Source: Felis catus (taxonomy: Eukaryota). From it: a stretch of 64,000 bases of DNA. Below, one piece after another: positions 50,261-63,334 of the stretch. Where the stretch lies: the NCBI RefSeq assembly GCF_018350175.1, contig NC_058373.1:104534001-104598000 (forward strand). The letters run 5' to 3'. Below the pieces are notes generated by a model that searched no databases, was not told where the DNA came from, and worked only from the letters and a program-made list of their open reading frames with translations. The stretch's first letter is position 1. Every line of letters starts with the position of its first letter. Position numbers and translations under genes: made by a program.

Positions 50261-51555
50261 TGATTTTTTATTTTACTTGGACCATATCTTTCCAAAGCAT
50301 TTATATACTTCCCTATGTAAACAGAGTACACTGATCACTCTTCTTAACTATTCAAGGTCATCATTACAAATCCCAGTTGATGTTCTAGGATATACCCAGT
50401 GGATGTTCTAGGATATGATACAGTAGCATACTCAAAAGCCACTGACATGAGCTGACTCTCTGCCTCACAGACTGAGCAATCCCCAAATTCACTGCTTTTT
50501 AAATTATATGTTTGTTAGAGACTTCTTAAATTTTACTTATGATCACTCAGATGACCCTTCTCCCTGCTGCATACAGTCCATTAGAAGTTCTTATAATCTG
50601 GGGTGCCTGGTCTTTGGGTTTGGAAACTAGATAACCCCATTCATTTGAACTGCATGAAAATCAAGAGTAAATTAGTTTTGAGAGTGGTTCTGAGCAGATC
50701 TCCAGGAAACAAAGAGCATTATCTTCACTGCATGTGATATCAAGGTTTGCTGCTCAGGAACCATTTGTGGTTAGTTCTTCATTCTTGACTATCTTCAGAT
50801 GGGTGAGATTACCCGCAGACACATTATTTGAGTTCCAAGGAAGTAATCTTGAACCATGATTTCTAGGTAGCAATCGGGCATTATTGGGAGGCATTAATTC
50901 TCATATCACTGGGTCATTATTTCAATTAAAAATCTATTGAGAAGTGAAAATAGTGCACTTTTGAAAACGCTTTAATGTTACCAAGGAATCAGTTACTTAC
51001 TAACCTGGCCCATATCTTGAAATTAATTCCTAAAGCTATTTATACTATGCAGGCTGTCCCTGGAGCCACACTTTAAAGGATGCTATTTCCAGCATGAGCT
51101 CAGTTGTTCAGGGCAGTATCCTGGGGTTTTCAGTTCAAAAAATCAAATTAGTACAGCTGGGCCGATTACCAAAAGCCATTAGAAGACTCCAGTTGCCTTT
51201 TTAACAGCTCCCTACTCTCCTGCACTCTTCCTGCCTCGGAACCACGGATGTTCAGTGTGAGAGCCTTTTTTTCTGAATTGTTCTTGGCACAGGCTGCAGG
51301 CAGGCAAGCATGTGGTCAGAAGCTCATCCAGAATCAAAGTCATACGACAATGCTGGATCCTGGCTCCTAAAGTCAAGAGGAGAGTAGCATTTTGGCACAA
51401 GTCCTTCTGCTCTGACCCATGTCAAGGATATTCACTTATTTTTCAAGGCTTTTGATAACCTCATGTCAATGTTAAAATGTGGGCCCAAGATAATAAGAAA
51501 TTATCACTAAAGACTGTATCAATTATATTTTCTGACTTATTAAGAATTCTTTTCT

Positions 51556-51763
51556 GGGGCGCCTGGGTGGCTCAGTCAGTTGAGCGTCCGACTTCAGCTC
51601 AGGTCATATCTCATAGTCTGCGAGTTCGAGCCCCTCATCAGGCTCTGTGCTGACAGCTTGGAGCCTGGAGCCTGCTTCAGATTCTGTGTCTCCCTCACTC
51701 TCTGCCCCTCCCCTGCTCATGCTGTGGTTCTCTTGGTCTCAAAAAGAAAAAGAAAGAAAAAAA
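51556..51763 (+). mobile_element. Can-SINE
   Basis: TSD aagaattcttttct. Confidence 0.97.
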
Positions 51764-51786
51764 AAGAATTCTTTTCTGTCTAGCTT

Positions 51787-52390
51787 TGCTATGGACTGAA
51801 TTATGTCCTCCCCCAAATTCCTATGTTGAAGCCCTGACCCCCAGTCACAGAATGTTACTATTTAAAGATGGGGTCTTCAAAAGGGTAATTAAGGGGGTAC
51901 CTGGGTGGCTCAATTGGTTAAGCATCCAACTCTTGATTTCAGCTCAGGACATGATTTCATGCTTCATGAGATAGAGCCCTGCATCAGGCTCTGTGCTGAG
52001 TGCAGAGCCTGCTTGGGATTCTCTTTCTCCCTCTCTCTCTGCCCCTCCTTGCGCGCGCGCGCGCTCTCTCTCTCTAAGATAAATGAGTATTTTTTGAGAG
52101 TAATTAAGTTAGAATGAGGTTATGGGGGGGTGCAACCCAATATGACTGGTGTCTTAAGAGATGAGGATGGAGAGACACAGAAGGACAGAAGGAGGACTAT
52201 GTGAAGACACAGGGAGAAGACTGCCATTTACAAGGCAAGGGGAGAGATCTCAGGAGAAAACCACCCCCACCCCACCCCCACCCCCCCACTGACATCTTGG
52301 TCTTAGGCTTCAGTCTTCAGAACTTTGAAAGTAAACTTTGTTTTTTGAGCCCCACATTGTTTGTTAAAGCACTCCTAACACACTAATACA
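51787..52390 (+). mobile_element. MaLR solo LTR (MLT1A/B-like) interrupted by a SINE
   Basis: tgctatggactgaatt...ccaaattcctatgttgaagccct...gtgaagacacagggagaagactgcc...actaataca. Confidence 0.9.
51894..52095 (+). mobile_element. Can-SINE inside MLT1, carrying (GC)7
   Basis: TSD gtaattaag; gcgcgcgcgcgcgc at 52051-52064. Confidence 0.95.
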
Positions 52391-52420
52391 AGGTTTCAGT
52401 GGTTAAAAATCCACATCATA

Positions 52421-52617
52421 GGGATTCTGTTGATTAAGCGTATGACTCTTGATTTTGGCTCAGGTCATGATCTCATGGTTTGTGGGATCAAGCCCCACAT
52501 CGAGCTCTGACCTGATAGCATGGAGCCTGTTTGGGATTCTCACTCTGTCGCTGTCTGTCCCTCCCCTGCTCATGCTCACTTGCTCTCTCTCCCTCTCAAA
52601 ATAAATAAATAAACTTT
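52421..52617 (+). mobile_element. Can-SINE with a damaged 5' head
   Basis: TSD taaaaatccacatc-like; A-box region shortened. Confidence 0.92.
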
Positions 52618-52725
52618 AAAAAATCCACATCCTAAATAAAAGAGGTACAAGAAAACTTAGAACCACATATGGCAGCAGTGGTACCAAGGACAGTATCTGA
52701 GTTACAATTTAAGAGTATCTTTTCA

Positions 52726-52940
52726 GGGCGCCTGGGTGGCTCAGTTGTTTGAGCGACCGACTTCGGCTCAGGTCGTGATCTTGCGGTTTGTGAGTTCGAG
52801 CCCCACATCAGCATCTGTGCTGACTGCTCAGAGCCTGGAGCCTGATTCAGATTCTGTGTCTTCCCCTCTCTCTGTCCCTCCCCTGCTCATGCTCAGTGTC
52901 TGTCTCTCAATAACAAAAAAATGTTAAAAAAAAAAAAAAA
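52726..52940 (+). mobile_element. Can-SINE
   Basis: gggcgcctgggtggctcag...; TSD agtatcttt. Confidence 0.96.
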
Positions 52941-52995
52941 GTATCTTTACTCTTTCACTCTAATTGGACCTGTTTCTTTATTCTTAGGTATCATT

Positions 52996-53219
52996 TTTTT
53001 TTAATATTTTTTTCAACGTTTTTTATTTATTTTTGGGACAGAGAGAGACAGAGCATGAACGGGGGAGGAGCAGAGAGAAAGGGAGACACAGAATGGGAAG
53101 CAGGCTCCAGGCTCTGAGCCATCAGCCCAGAGCCCGACGCGGGGCTCGAACTCACGGACCGCGAGATCGTGACCTGGCTGAAGTGGGACGCTTAACCGAC
53201 TGCGCCACCCAGGCGCCCC
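52996..53219 (-). mobile_element. Young SINEC_Fc-type Can-SINE
   Basis: TSD ttaggtatcatt; CpG-rich. Confidence 0.97.
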
Positions 53220-53234
53220 AATTTTTAGGTATCA

Positions 53235-53576
53235 TTGACATAACATATTAGTTTCAGGTGTACAACAATGATTCGATATTTGTGTATACAGATTTGTGTA
53301 AAGATAGTGAAATGATCACCACAATAAGTCTAGTTAACATCTATCACCATGCGTAGTTACAAAAAAAATTTGTTTCTGTGATGAGAACTTTTAAGATACA
53401 TTTCTTAGCAACTTTCAAAGATCCCATACAATATTATTAACTGTAGTCACATACTGTATATTACATCGTCAGGACTTATTTATTTTATACCTGGAAGTTT
53501 GTGCTTTTTGACCACTTGCACTCATTTTACCCACTTCCCTAACCTCCACCAAACTGCTCCCTGTATCTATGAGCTT

Positions 53577-53635
<59 letters not shown>

Positions 53636-54310
53636 GGTTTTGTTTGTGTTTTTTTTAGATTCAACATATAAGTGAAATTGTATGGCAATTGTCTTTGTCT
53701 GACTTATTTCACTTAGCATAACGCTCTCAAGGTCCATCCATGTTGTCACAAATGGCAGGATTTCATTCTTTCTTATGGCTGAAAACATTAGATTTTGTGT
53801 GTGCGCACGCACGTGTGTGTGTGTCTGTGTGTATAATTTTCTTATCCACTCATCCATCGACAGACACTTAGATTGTTTCCATATTTTTTGGCTGTTTTAA
53901 ATAATGCTGCAATGAACATGGCAGTGCAGATATCTCTTTAGTGTTTTTGTTTTCTTCTGATAAACACCCAGAATTTGAATTGCTGGATCATAGGGTAGTC
54001 CTAGTTTTAATTTTTTGAAGAACCTCTATACTTTTTTCCACAGTGGCTGCACCATGTCACTTTTCCACCAAAAGCACGTAAGGCTTCCCTTTTCACCACG
54101 TTATTGCCAACACTGGTTATTTCTTGTCTTTTTTAATAATAGCCATTCTAATAGGTATGAGGTGATATCTCATTGTGGTTTTCATTTGCATTTCCCTATT
54201 AGTGATGTTGAGCATTTTCCCATTTAGCTATTGGCCATCTGTATGTCTTCTTTAGAAAAATGTCAATTCTTCTGCCCGTTTTTTAGATTAGATTGTTTTT
54301 GTTGTTGTTG
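53235..54310 (-). mobile_element. L1MA-type LINE-1 3' end with (GT)n at 53579-53631
   Basis: ttagtttcaggtgtacaac..., gacttatttcacttagcataa, ggtatgaggtgatatctcattgtggtt. Confidence 0.9.
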
Positions 54311-55859
54311 TTTGCTGTTGTAACTGGCCCTCTTTAGATATCATTTATATATAGAATTTGGAGTCACTCATGATCTATTCGCACAAAATACTCTTTGAAC
54401 ATCTGTTCTTTGTCCTATTCCTGATATGAAACATCTTCCTCACTCTGAACACTTTTCCCACCTTCTAGGGCCCAATGAGCTCTTCCGAATTCCAAGTTCC
54501 ATGTCCCTTATTTCTCCTCTAGGGTCTGTGTGTCAGTTAAGCTGACTCTCTCCCTTCCCAGTACTGGCTAATTAGCCTCTCTCTCACCATCTCCTTGGAT
54601 CTGTTTCTTCTCCAGCCAAGAGGGAAGACCCTCCTGTGAGACACACAGATAGGCAGGTGCTGCTTGTCAATACCTTGTGTGTTATTTCCTTTCTTGGCCT
54701 TAACTTAGTCACCAGGAATTAATCACCTATTAGTACTAGAGTTCTTTACTTGCAAAAAGGGAAAAATTCATACACATACTAAAATGTAATTCCTGAAGAC
54801 ATAAACAAGAGAACACTTGTTTGAGGAAAAAAAATATTTTCAATATGAATACTGAAGAAGCTGTGCCTTCAGATTAAAATTGTAGAGATAGAAGATTAAC
54901 CATCACACCGCAAGTCTGTGGAATCATCCATATGATCCTGCTCCTACAGAGGTTCTCAACTCCAGGTGAGTTCATGAAGGAATGTTTACAAAATTCTGAT
55001 AGATATCATTGACAAAGAACCTGAGTTAAATGGGTCTATTGGTGGGAATTTAAAAAATATATCAGGAATTCAAAGGGGGGGGTTATTAATGAGGGAAAGA
55101 GAGAGAGAGAGAGAGAAGAGTGAGAAAGAGACAAAGATACGAAAAATTGGAAGATGGAGGAAGAGAAAAGGCATTGGTTTATTTTTTGTTCCTAACTGCT
55201 ATGCAGGACCCAGTGTTTCCTTTGTAAGCAAAATTTGGAATAAATTAGGTTTGATTGCAGCTAAGAGCATCATATTAAGACCTTAGAAACACAGCTCAAA
55301 TTGTTGCATTGCAGAATGGATGTTATCTTTAACTGTGGCATCACCCTGAGACAGCTTTATAAATTACAGGGTACGTCAGGTTATTTTGATGAGATTATGG
55401 GTTCTTTATATTGCTTACTCAGACAGGGATAATAACAGAATACAACCCTGTATGTTTACAGTTTCTATTGAAAAAGCCCCGTAAAGACAACCAGAATGGA
55501 ATTAATGATAATCGCATCTCTGAGGTGTGTTTTCTTTATAATGAGGTTAGTCCCACCCCTTAATCTGAGCAACCATATCTAGATGTGAAGGTGAGTAAGA
55601 TCCCATCTAGATGTAACTAATGGTCTGCTATCATTTTTTAATCTAAGAGACAACGGGGAAAACATGGTTAAAATAGCGCTGTGGCAATACAATGTTAAGC
55701 ACCAGGGAAAGTAACCACACATAAGGAAGTCAGCTGAGATGATATCAAAGTTACTGTACAAATTATTTGTTAGTCAGCTGCAATATCGAATATTTTTATA
55801 AAGCTATTAAATGAAAGCACAGCATAAGATAACCACTGTTTTTCTGTCTCCTCTTTCTT

Positions 55860-56660
55860 CATCTGAATAACTTATAAGTGTTTCAAATTCAGCATGCTTC
55901 AAGATGAGCTAATTTCCTCTCGCTCCAATTTCTTCTCACTTCCTAAATTCTTGACCTCAATTGACAGCATCATCCTCCAATCAAATCAGAAGCCTCCACA
56001 TCATGATCAACTGCTCGCTTGCTCGCTCTCAATCTCTCTCATCCCCAATTCACTTACCCATCCAGCCAGTTCTACTTCTTAATCTTTCTGGGGTCCAATG
56101 CATCACTCTTCAGGCCGCTGCACTAGCTTACTACAGATCTAGATCATTTCTGCCCTGGAGAACGGCAAGTGTCTTCCTAAAGGAATGCTAAGCCATCTCA
56201 AATGCTCAGATACTTTTAGGAATGAGGTTATTATTAAAACAACAACAAAAACTCCCCATGCCTGGTCTCCCTTCTCTATCCCCATCCCCTAAGCCATTTC
56301 TATAACATTTCCAGAGTTATCTTTTGAAAATAAAAATGGAGTATATTATTCCATCACTAAGACCTTCCAATGCTTTAAAGGTATGGCTCAAATTTCTTAG
56401 CATTCTAACCACTCATCCTTGCCCACACTGGATGATTCCATGTACTTCTCAAACAAGCCACACTCTCTCTCACTTCTCGGTCTTTATAGACCCCCTCTCT
56501 CAAGAATATCCTTTAGCCTTCCCTCTTGATAGTCCTAAACTTCTTTTCTACCTCAACTTTTAAGCCTACAAACAAATGTTACCACCTGGCCAGCATCTCT
56601 CGGAATGAGTTAGTTGCTCCTTCCTGCCACCAACCCTACCACTGTACAGATCCTCATTAT
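55860..56660 (+). mobile_element. L2 fragment
   Basis: ttcaaattcagcatg...gagttatcttttgaaaataaaaatgg...ccttccaatg. Confidence 0.55.
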
Positions 56661-57436
56661 AAATTGGATGATAATTATTGAGCACCTACTGTGCTACACG
56701 CTAGGGCCACAGTAGCAAATAAGAAAGGGAATGTCCATGTTCTCATGTAACTGATATTCTAGTGGGGAAAGATCATAAACAAACAAAGAGAGTAGTATCT
56801 AGAGCGATGTAGGGGCAGAAATCCAACCAGGACAGATTGAGGAGAGACTAGGAAATGAGAAAGTGGAGTCAATGTAGCACGTTTTGGGGGTTTTTGTTTC
56901 CATGTCTTCCTTGTCCTCTAGACTGTGACCCACAAAAGAGCAATGACATTTTATTTATTGATGTAAATGAGGGCACAGCACAGTGTCTGGCTTGTAGCAA
57001 ACAATCAATAAGTGCTGGATTAAAAAACAAAGAACAAATGAAGGATGCAAAGAAGGAAGAGAATCAAAAGATGAAACTTCATGTTCAGTTTCTGCCACAC
57101 CAGCTTTTGGGTAAGATACCAAACAGAAAGCAAAAAGCTTAAATGCTAAAGTTAGCAGATGATATAGTTTAAATATGATGGACTGATATCTGATTTTTTT
57201 TTTTTTTTTGCACATGTTGAAGGTCAAAGGCAGTCCACAGCCAGGGTGAGAGTTCATCTACAAGGATCTTGTAGATGTCATGGGATCTGATCCAGAACTG
57301 ATATGGGGCACATGCTATTGACATGCGATAATACTGGAATCTGAATAATCAACAAAAAACTTGAAGATTACGGTGGCTATGTAAAAGTGATATCAATTGC
57401 AGATATCAATTTATGTAAATTTTAAAATTTGCCTGA

Positions 57437-57880
57437 GGCAGACACAGAAACACAAATACTACATGTTGTCACTTTTACACAGAATCGAAAATAGTTGAAC
57501 TCACAAGAGGCACAGAGTAAAATGGTAGTTTCCAGGGACTGGGGGGGGGGGGTGCGTGAGAGAAGTGGGCAGATGTTTTTCCAAGGGTATGAAACTTCAG
57601 TTATGCAAGATGAATAAGTTCTGGAGATCTAAGGTACAGTGTGATGACACAGTTAACAGTACTGAATTGAATACCTGGAAGTTGCTCAGAGGGTTGATCT
57701 TAAATGTTCTCACCACACAAACACACAAAAGGTAACTATGTGAGGTGGTCAATGTGCGGACTAATCTTACTGTGATAATCATTGTGCGATACATACATGT
57801 ATCAAATCATCACGTGTACACCTTAAACCTATACAATGTTCTATGCCAACTGTATCTCAGCAAAGCTGGAAAAAATTTTT
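57437..57880 (+). mobile_element. L1MA-type 3' UTR
   Basis: ggcagacacagaaacacaaatactacatg...gatgaataagttctggagatcta...tacaccttaaacctatacaatgtt. Confidence 0.9.
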
Positions 57881-59329
57881 AAATTTTTAAATAAAAAAGG
57901 AAGATACTTGGAAAAAGGTATTCAGAGTGTACGAATTCAGATGTGGGACACTGTGGTTTGTGTCCAGGAAACCATGAAGAGTAAAGGCTGACAGAAAAAT
58001 ATGTCAAGTGGTAAATCGGAGAAAAGATTGGAATAGTGGATTGAGATGAGATTATGATGGTCAAGTGAAAGTTTATATTTTATTCACTCCTTATCAATTT
58101 CCAGAAAACGTTCAACTGCATTTGGAGTTCTCTATATTGTGTCCAATAGGTTTTCTTATTCCCAATCAAAACCCCTAGTATAAGAAAGTTCCAACATAGA
58201 AGGATTCCTAAGGGGCAGTTCATACAAGTAAATCCATTTTTCACTAAGTGTCATCCAGCCCTTTAGACTCAACATCACATTGTAGATTTGTGCTATAAAT
58301 GGGTGATAGAACCACTTTAAAATTCTCATATATTAATTGCTTGTATTTGGTTGTTTATTGATTTTTAATTTCTAACCATTTTACCTTCCAAAAAAGATTT
58401 TTAGACAGCTTCTCACTTATGTTTGGAAAATAAGGTTTGTCTGTCAATAACCCATTTTGGTTTTCCATTCACTCTGACAAATTTCCCTGCCCTGAGGTAT
58501 TAAATTACATTAACTTCCTATTTGAGACATCGCCTGGACTCCTCTTGTAGACAGTGATCAGAGTTTCTCTTTGTTCATACCTGAACACCAGCAAAGAGAC
58601 ACAATCTAACTATAAAACCTTCACTTATAACCCAAAAGGCTGAGTAACTGGCCTGTAGTACATTGCAGGTATGTACGTATGTATGTATGATTTGTGTGCA
58701 TATCTCCACCTCCAGGTGGAGCCAGTGTTCTAGGAAGTCCTGGGAAATGCAGACCAGTCTCCACTGAGATAAATGCTTCCAGAAACACCCATTATCTATT
58801 TAACTGTATCACACAATTTTTGGTAACTACCTATTGGAATACTCCAAACATGACGAAAAGAAGAAAATACTATATGTTCCATTTTTCCAAAGGCTATACT
58901 ATTAATTTAAAATTTTTTCAGCAGTGTGGGAGCTAGTTTTGATTCTTAAAGAGCAGACCATTCAGAGAAAATAATAAATGAAGGCAGTTCCACAGTGCTT
59001 TCCCTTTGTATTCAGTTCTATTTAAAAATATGTATACTTCTCTGCAAACAGCTGAAATTACCAAATGAGTTGGGCATCTAGACCAGATTTATGCAAGGGA
59101 AGTGTTTTTCAACAATACAATATTGTTTGTTTTGCAACATTTTTTCTCAATATGTGAAGGTTCTATGCCCACTCTATAGAGTTGGTTAGATTCCCAATTG
59201 GGATCTGAGTGTGGACCAGATAAATTTCCTTTCCCAAGATCTTTAAATCTGATGTATTTATAATACTTCAACCCAGAGTTAAACCTCAAAAATAAAAGAA
59301 TTTCATCCAGTCCAACGGCTTAATTTTTT

Positions 59330-60455
59330 TTAACTTTTAAAAAGTTGTAGACTATAACATAGATTTAGAAAAACACAATAAACTGAAGATGTAAAACTTA
59401 ATAATTTGTAACAAAGTAAACACCATATAATCACTTCTCAGGGCAAGAAACATAACATTGGGAGTACCTGAGAAGTCCCTTTCACATCCTCTCCCAACAT
59501 TATGTTCTCCCTCCAGATAGAACCACATCCTTGGTTTTCTTCATAGTTGGCTACCTAAGTGTGCATCTCTAAATTCTATTGTTTAGTTTTGCCTCATTGT
59601 TTTTTGAATTTTATATAAATGTGATAATACAGCATTTGGATGTTCCTTGATTCTTTTATTCTATGTAATGTTTGTGAGATTCATAATTTTGTGAAGCTTT
59701 CATTTTGTGGAAGTATTCACTTTCATCACAGAACAGTACTCTATTTTATGAATATACCACAGTAATTATCCATTCTTGTGTTAATAAGCATTGTTTTTTT
59801 TTTCTCATTTGGGACTATTAAAAATAATGTTGGGAGTTTGATAGGAATTGCATAGAATCTATCAATCATTTTGGGAAGAGTTGACATCTTTACAGGAGGA
59901 GCCTTCCAATCTATAAATGTAGTATATCTTTTTATTTATTAAAGTCTCATTTAATTTCTATCAACCATATCTTATAGTTTTCTGTGGAGAAGTCTTGCAT
60001 ATAATTTGTTACATTTATTCTTACATAATTTATTTTTTCATGCTATTGTGGTTTTTTTCATTTTCTGCTTATTGCTAACATATAGAATTGCAATTACCTA
60101 ATTGTATATTTGTAAAATGGTGGCACTGATAAATGCTCTTATTAATTTATCATGTAGAAAAAAGATTTTCTTTCTTTCTTTCCAATATGTATATCTTCAT
60201 TGCTTTTTCTTTTCTCATTGCACTGGCTAAGATCTCTAGTAAGAGAATAGAAGCTGAATAGAAGTGGTAGCAGAGACATCCTTGCTGGTTCTCAGTATGA
60301 GGGTAGAAAGAAAGCTTTGAACATTTTATTATTTCTATGATATTTCTTGTAGGTTTTTTGTGTACAACGTTTAACAGATTATCAACCTTTATTTTCCTAT
60401 TTCCATAAGCAGTTGTTTTTTTAAATATGGATGGATATTGAATTTTAGCAAATAA
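59330..60455 (-). mobile_element. Ancient L1M fragments
   Basis: tttgataggaattgcatagaatct...ttgacatctttaca; ORF 60150..60461 LLEILASAMRKEK is L1 ORF2-like. Confidence 0.75.
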
Positions 60456-60704
60456 ACTCAACTGAAAGTTAAAAGACTTCTCTAAGTACTTCTACACTTT
60501 CAAAAAATATAAAACTTTGACAATTTTATTGGCAAGTTTTGCCAAACCTTTACAATGGATAATGCCTATCTTATACAAGTTGTTTAGGAAACTAGAAGAA
60601 AGGTGGAGATATCCAACATATTTTTTGAGACTTGTGTAACCATAATACCAAAGCTAATTAAGGATAGAAGGATAGTGTGAGAAAAGTATATCCCAATAGT
60701 CCTT

Positions 60705-62780
60705 TTATTTACTTTTCCCAGCTTTATTGAGGTATAAATGACAAATCAAAATTCTATATATTTAAAGTGTACAACTTGATATATGTATACATTGTGAAAT
60801 GATCACCAAATCAAGCTAATTAACATATCCATCACTTCACATAGTTGTCTTTTTTGTGTATGGTGAGAACATTTTAGACACCTTCTTAGCAGCTTTCAAT
60901 ATACAGTATGATATTGTTAACTATAGTGTTGTTGAATTTGGTTTGCTAGTATATCAAGGATATTGGCCTATAGTTTTCTTGTGATGTCTTTGTCTGGCTT
61001 TGGTATAGGGTGATGCTGGCTTCATAAAATAAATTTGAAAGTGTTCCTTCTTATATTTTTTGAAAGAGTTTAAGAATTGGTAGAATTCACCCATGAAGCC
61101 ACCTGTTCTCAAGCTTTCTTTGTTGTTAGGTTTGAATATTGATTTATCTCTTTATTTATTATTGGTCTATTCAGGTCTATTCTTCTTGATTCCATTTTAT
61201 TAGGGTGTATGTTTCTAGGAATTTGTCCATTTCCTCTAGGTTATCCAATTTTTTAGAAGATTTTTTTAATGTTTATTTTAGAGAGAGAGGGAGTGTGTGT
61301 ATGAGCGGGCAAGGGACTGAGAGAGGGTGACAGAGGATCCAAAGTGGGCTCGGTGCTGACAGCAGACAGTCTGATGCAGGGTTTGAACTAATGAACTGTG
61401 AGATCATGACCTGAGTGGAAGTCAGATGCTTAACTGACTGAGACACCCAGGTGTCCCTAGGTTATCCAATTTGTTGATACATAATTGTCCATAGTCTGTT
61501 ATGTTACTATTTTTGTTTCATTTTTAAGGCATTCATTGTAATGTCTCCTCTTTCAGTTTTTATTTTATTTATTTGAATCTTCTCAATTTTTTTCTTAGTC
61601 TAGTGAAGAATTTGTTGATTTTATTTTTGTAAAAATTCGACTTAGTTTTGTTGATTTAATTTACTTCTCGAATTTTTATTATTTCCTTTTCTTCTGCTCA
61701 CTTTGGGCTTAGTTTTTTATTTTTTTCATTCCTTGTGGGGTAAAACAGATTTCAGATTTTCCTATTTTTTTTTTTTAGATCTTTCCTATTTTTTAATGTA
61801 GACATCTGTTGCTATAAACTTCCCTCTTAGTACTGCTTTTGCTGTGTCCCATGTTTGGTATGATGTGTTTTTGTTTTCATTTGTTTTGAAATAGTTTTTA
61901 AATTTCCTTTTGATTTCCTATTTCATTCAATGATTGCTCAAGAGTGTGTTGTTTGGTTTCCACATATTTGTGAATTTTCCCATTTTCTCACTGCTCTTGA
62001 TTTCTAGTTTGATTCCATTGTTGTCAGAAAAGATACTTGAAATTACGTCTGTCTTATTAAATTTGTTAATATTTCTATGTGAATTACTATGTTGTCTATG
62101 CTAAAGAATGTCTCATATACACTTGAGAAGAATGTGTATTCATCTCCTGTTGGGTTCAAAGTTCTATAGATGTCTGTTTGGTCCCTTTATTCTATAGGGT
62201 TGTTCAGGTCTGATGTTTCCTTTTTGATTTTCTGTGTGGATGATCTATCCATTATTAAAAGTGGGGTAATGAAGTCTCCAACTATTATTGTATTGCTATC
62301 TATTTTTTCCTTTAGATCTTCCAATATTTGATGTATTTAGGTGTCTGATATTTGGTGTGTTATCTATTTATAATTCCTATGTCTCCCTGTTGAATTGACT
62401 CTTTTATCATTATACAATGACTTTCATTGTCTCTAGAGACTGTTTTTTGTTTGGTTTTTGTTTTACTGAAAGTCTATTTTGTCTGATACAAGTATAGCCA
62501 ACCCTGGTTTCTTCTGGTTATCATTTTTAGGGAATTTCTATTTCTATCCCTTCACTTTCAGCCTATGTGAGTCATTTATAGTGAGCCTGTGCCTTTTGAT
62601 TGGGGAGTTTAACTCATTTACATTTAAAGTAATTATTGATAGGTGAGGACTTACTATTGCCACTTTATTAATTGCTTTTTGTTTTGCAGTTGTTTTGTTC
62701 CTCTCTCCCTTTCTTGCTGCCTTCCTTTCTTATTTGATGATTTCTTGTAGTGATTTGTTTGGTTCTTTTCTCTTTATCTC
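60705..62780 (-). mobile_element. L1MA-type LINE-1, internally deleted, with nested SINE
   Basis: 3' terminus 60705-60925 joined to ORF2 EN/linker sequence (gaatttggtttgctagtat...gaagtctccaactattattgt...). Confidence 0.88.
61255..61457 (-). mobile_element. Can-SINE within L1
   Basis: TSD ctaggttatccaattt. Confidence 0.95.
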
Positions 62781-63334
62781 ACCTAATTATCACTTTATTT
62801 TTTTCTATCCAATTATTAATTTAAAACATGCCTGCAAAAGTTCTGATTTTATCTAGAATTTAATAAAAATATATACTTAATATAATATATATAATGACAA
62901 TGACCACAATAGACACAAAATTATTCATTAAAATTAGTTTCTCATTTGTAATAATTCTTTAAAATTCTTAGCCAACAAGGAACAAAAGGAACTTCCTTAA
63001 CTCCATAAGGGTATATATTGAAAACTAACAATTACTAGATTAATAGTGAAACTTTCAAAACATTTCAATTAAAGTCAGGAATTAAGGATGGTGTCTATTG
63101 CTCTTACCCTTTAACATTATACTGTTGATCCTATTTTATCCTAAGATAGGGAAAATTAATGAGAAGAATAAGGATTGTAAAGGAAGAAACAAAATGTCCT
63201 TAGTTGTGAGTGCCATAGAATATCCCAAAGAATTTACAAACAATTAAAATTAATGAGAATTCAGCAAAGTTTCTGGTTACAAGGTTAAAGTATAAAACTC
63301 AATACCATTCTGACACAATAAAAACTATAAAGTA

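Larger units (their letters stand above)
60460..63330 (+). mobile_element. Ancient sense L1M ORF2 relic (about 60460-60700 and 62800-63330) split by a younger antisense L1
   Basis: accataataccaaagc...; ggaacttccttaactccataagggtatat...aaagtcaggaattaagg...gaattcagcaaagtttctggttacaagg. Confidence 0.6.
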
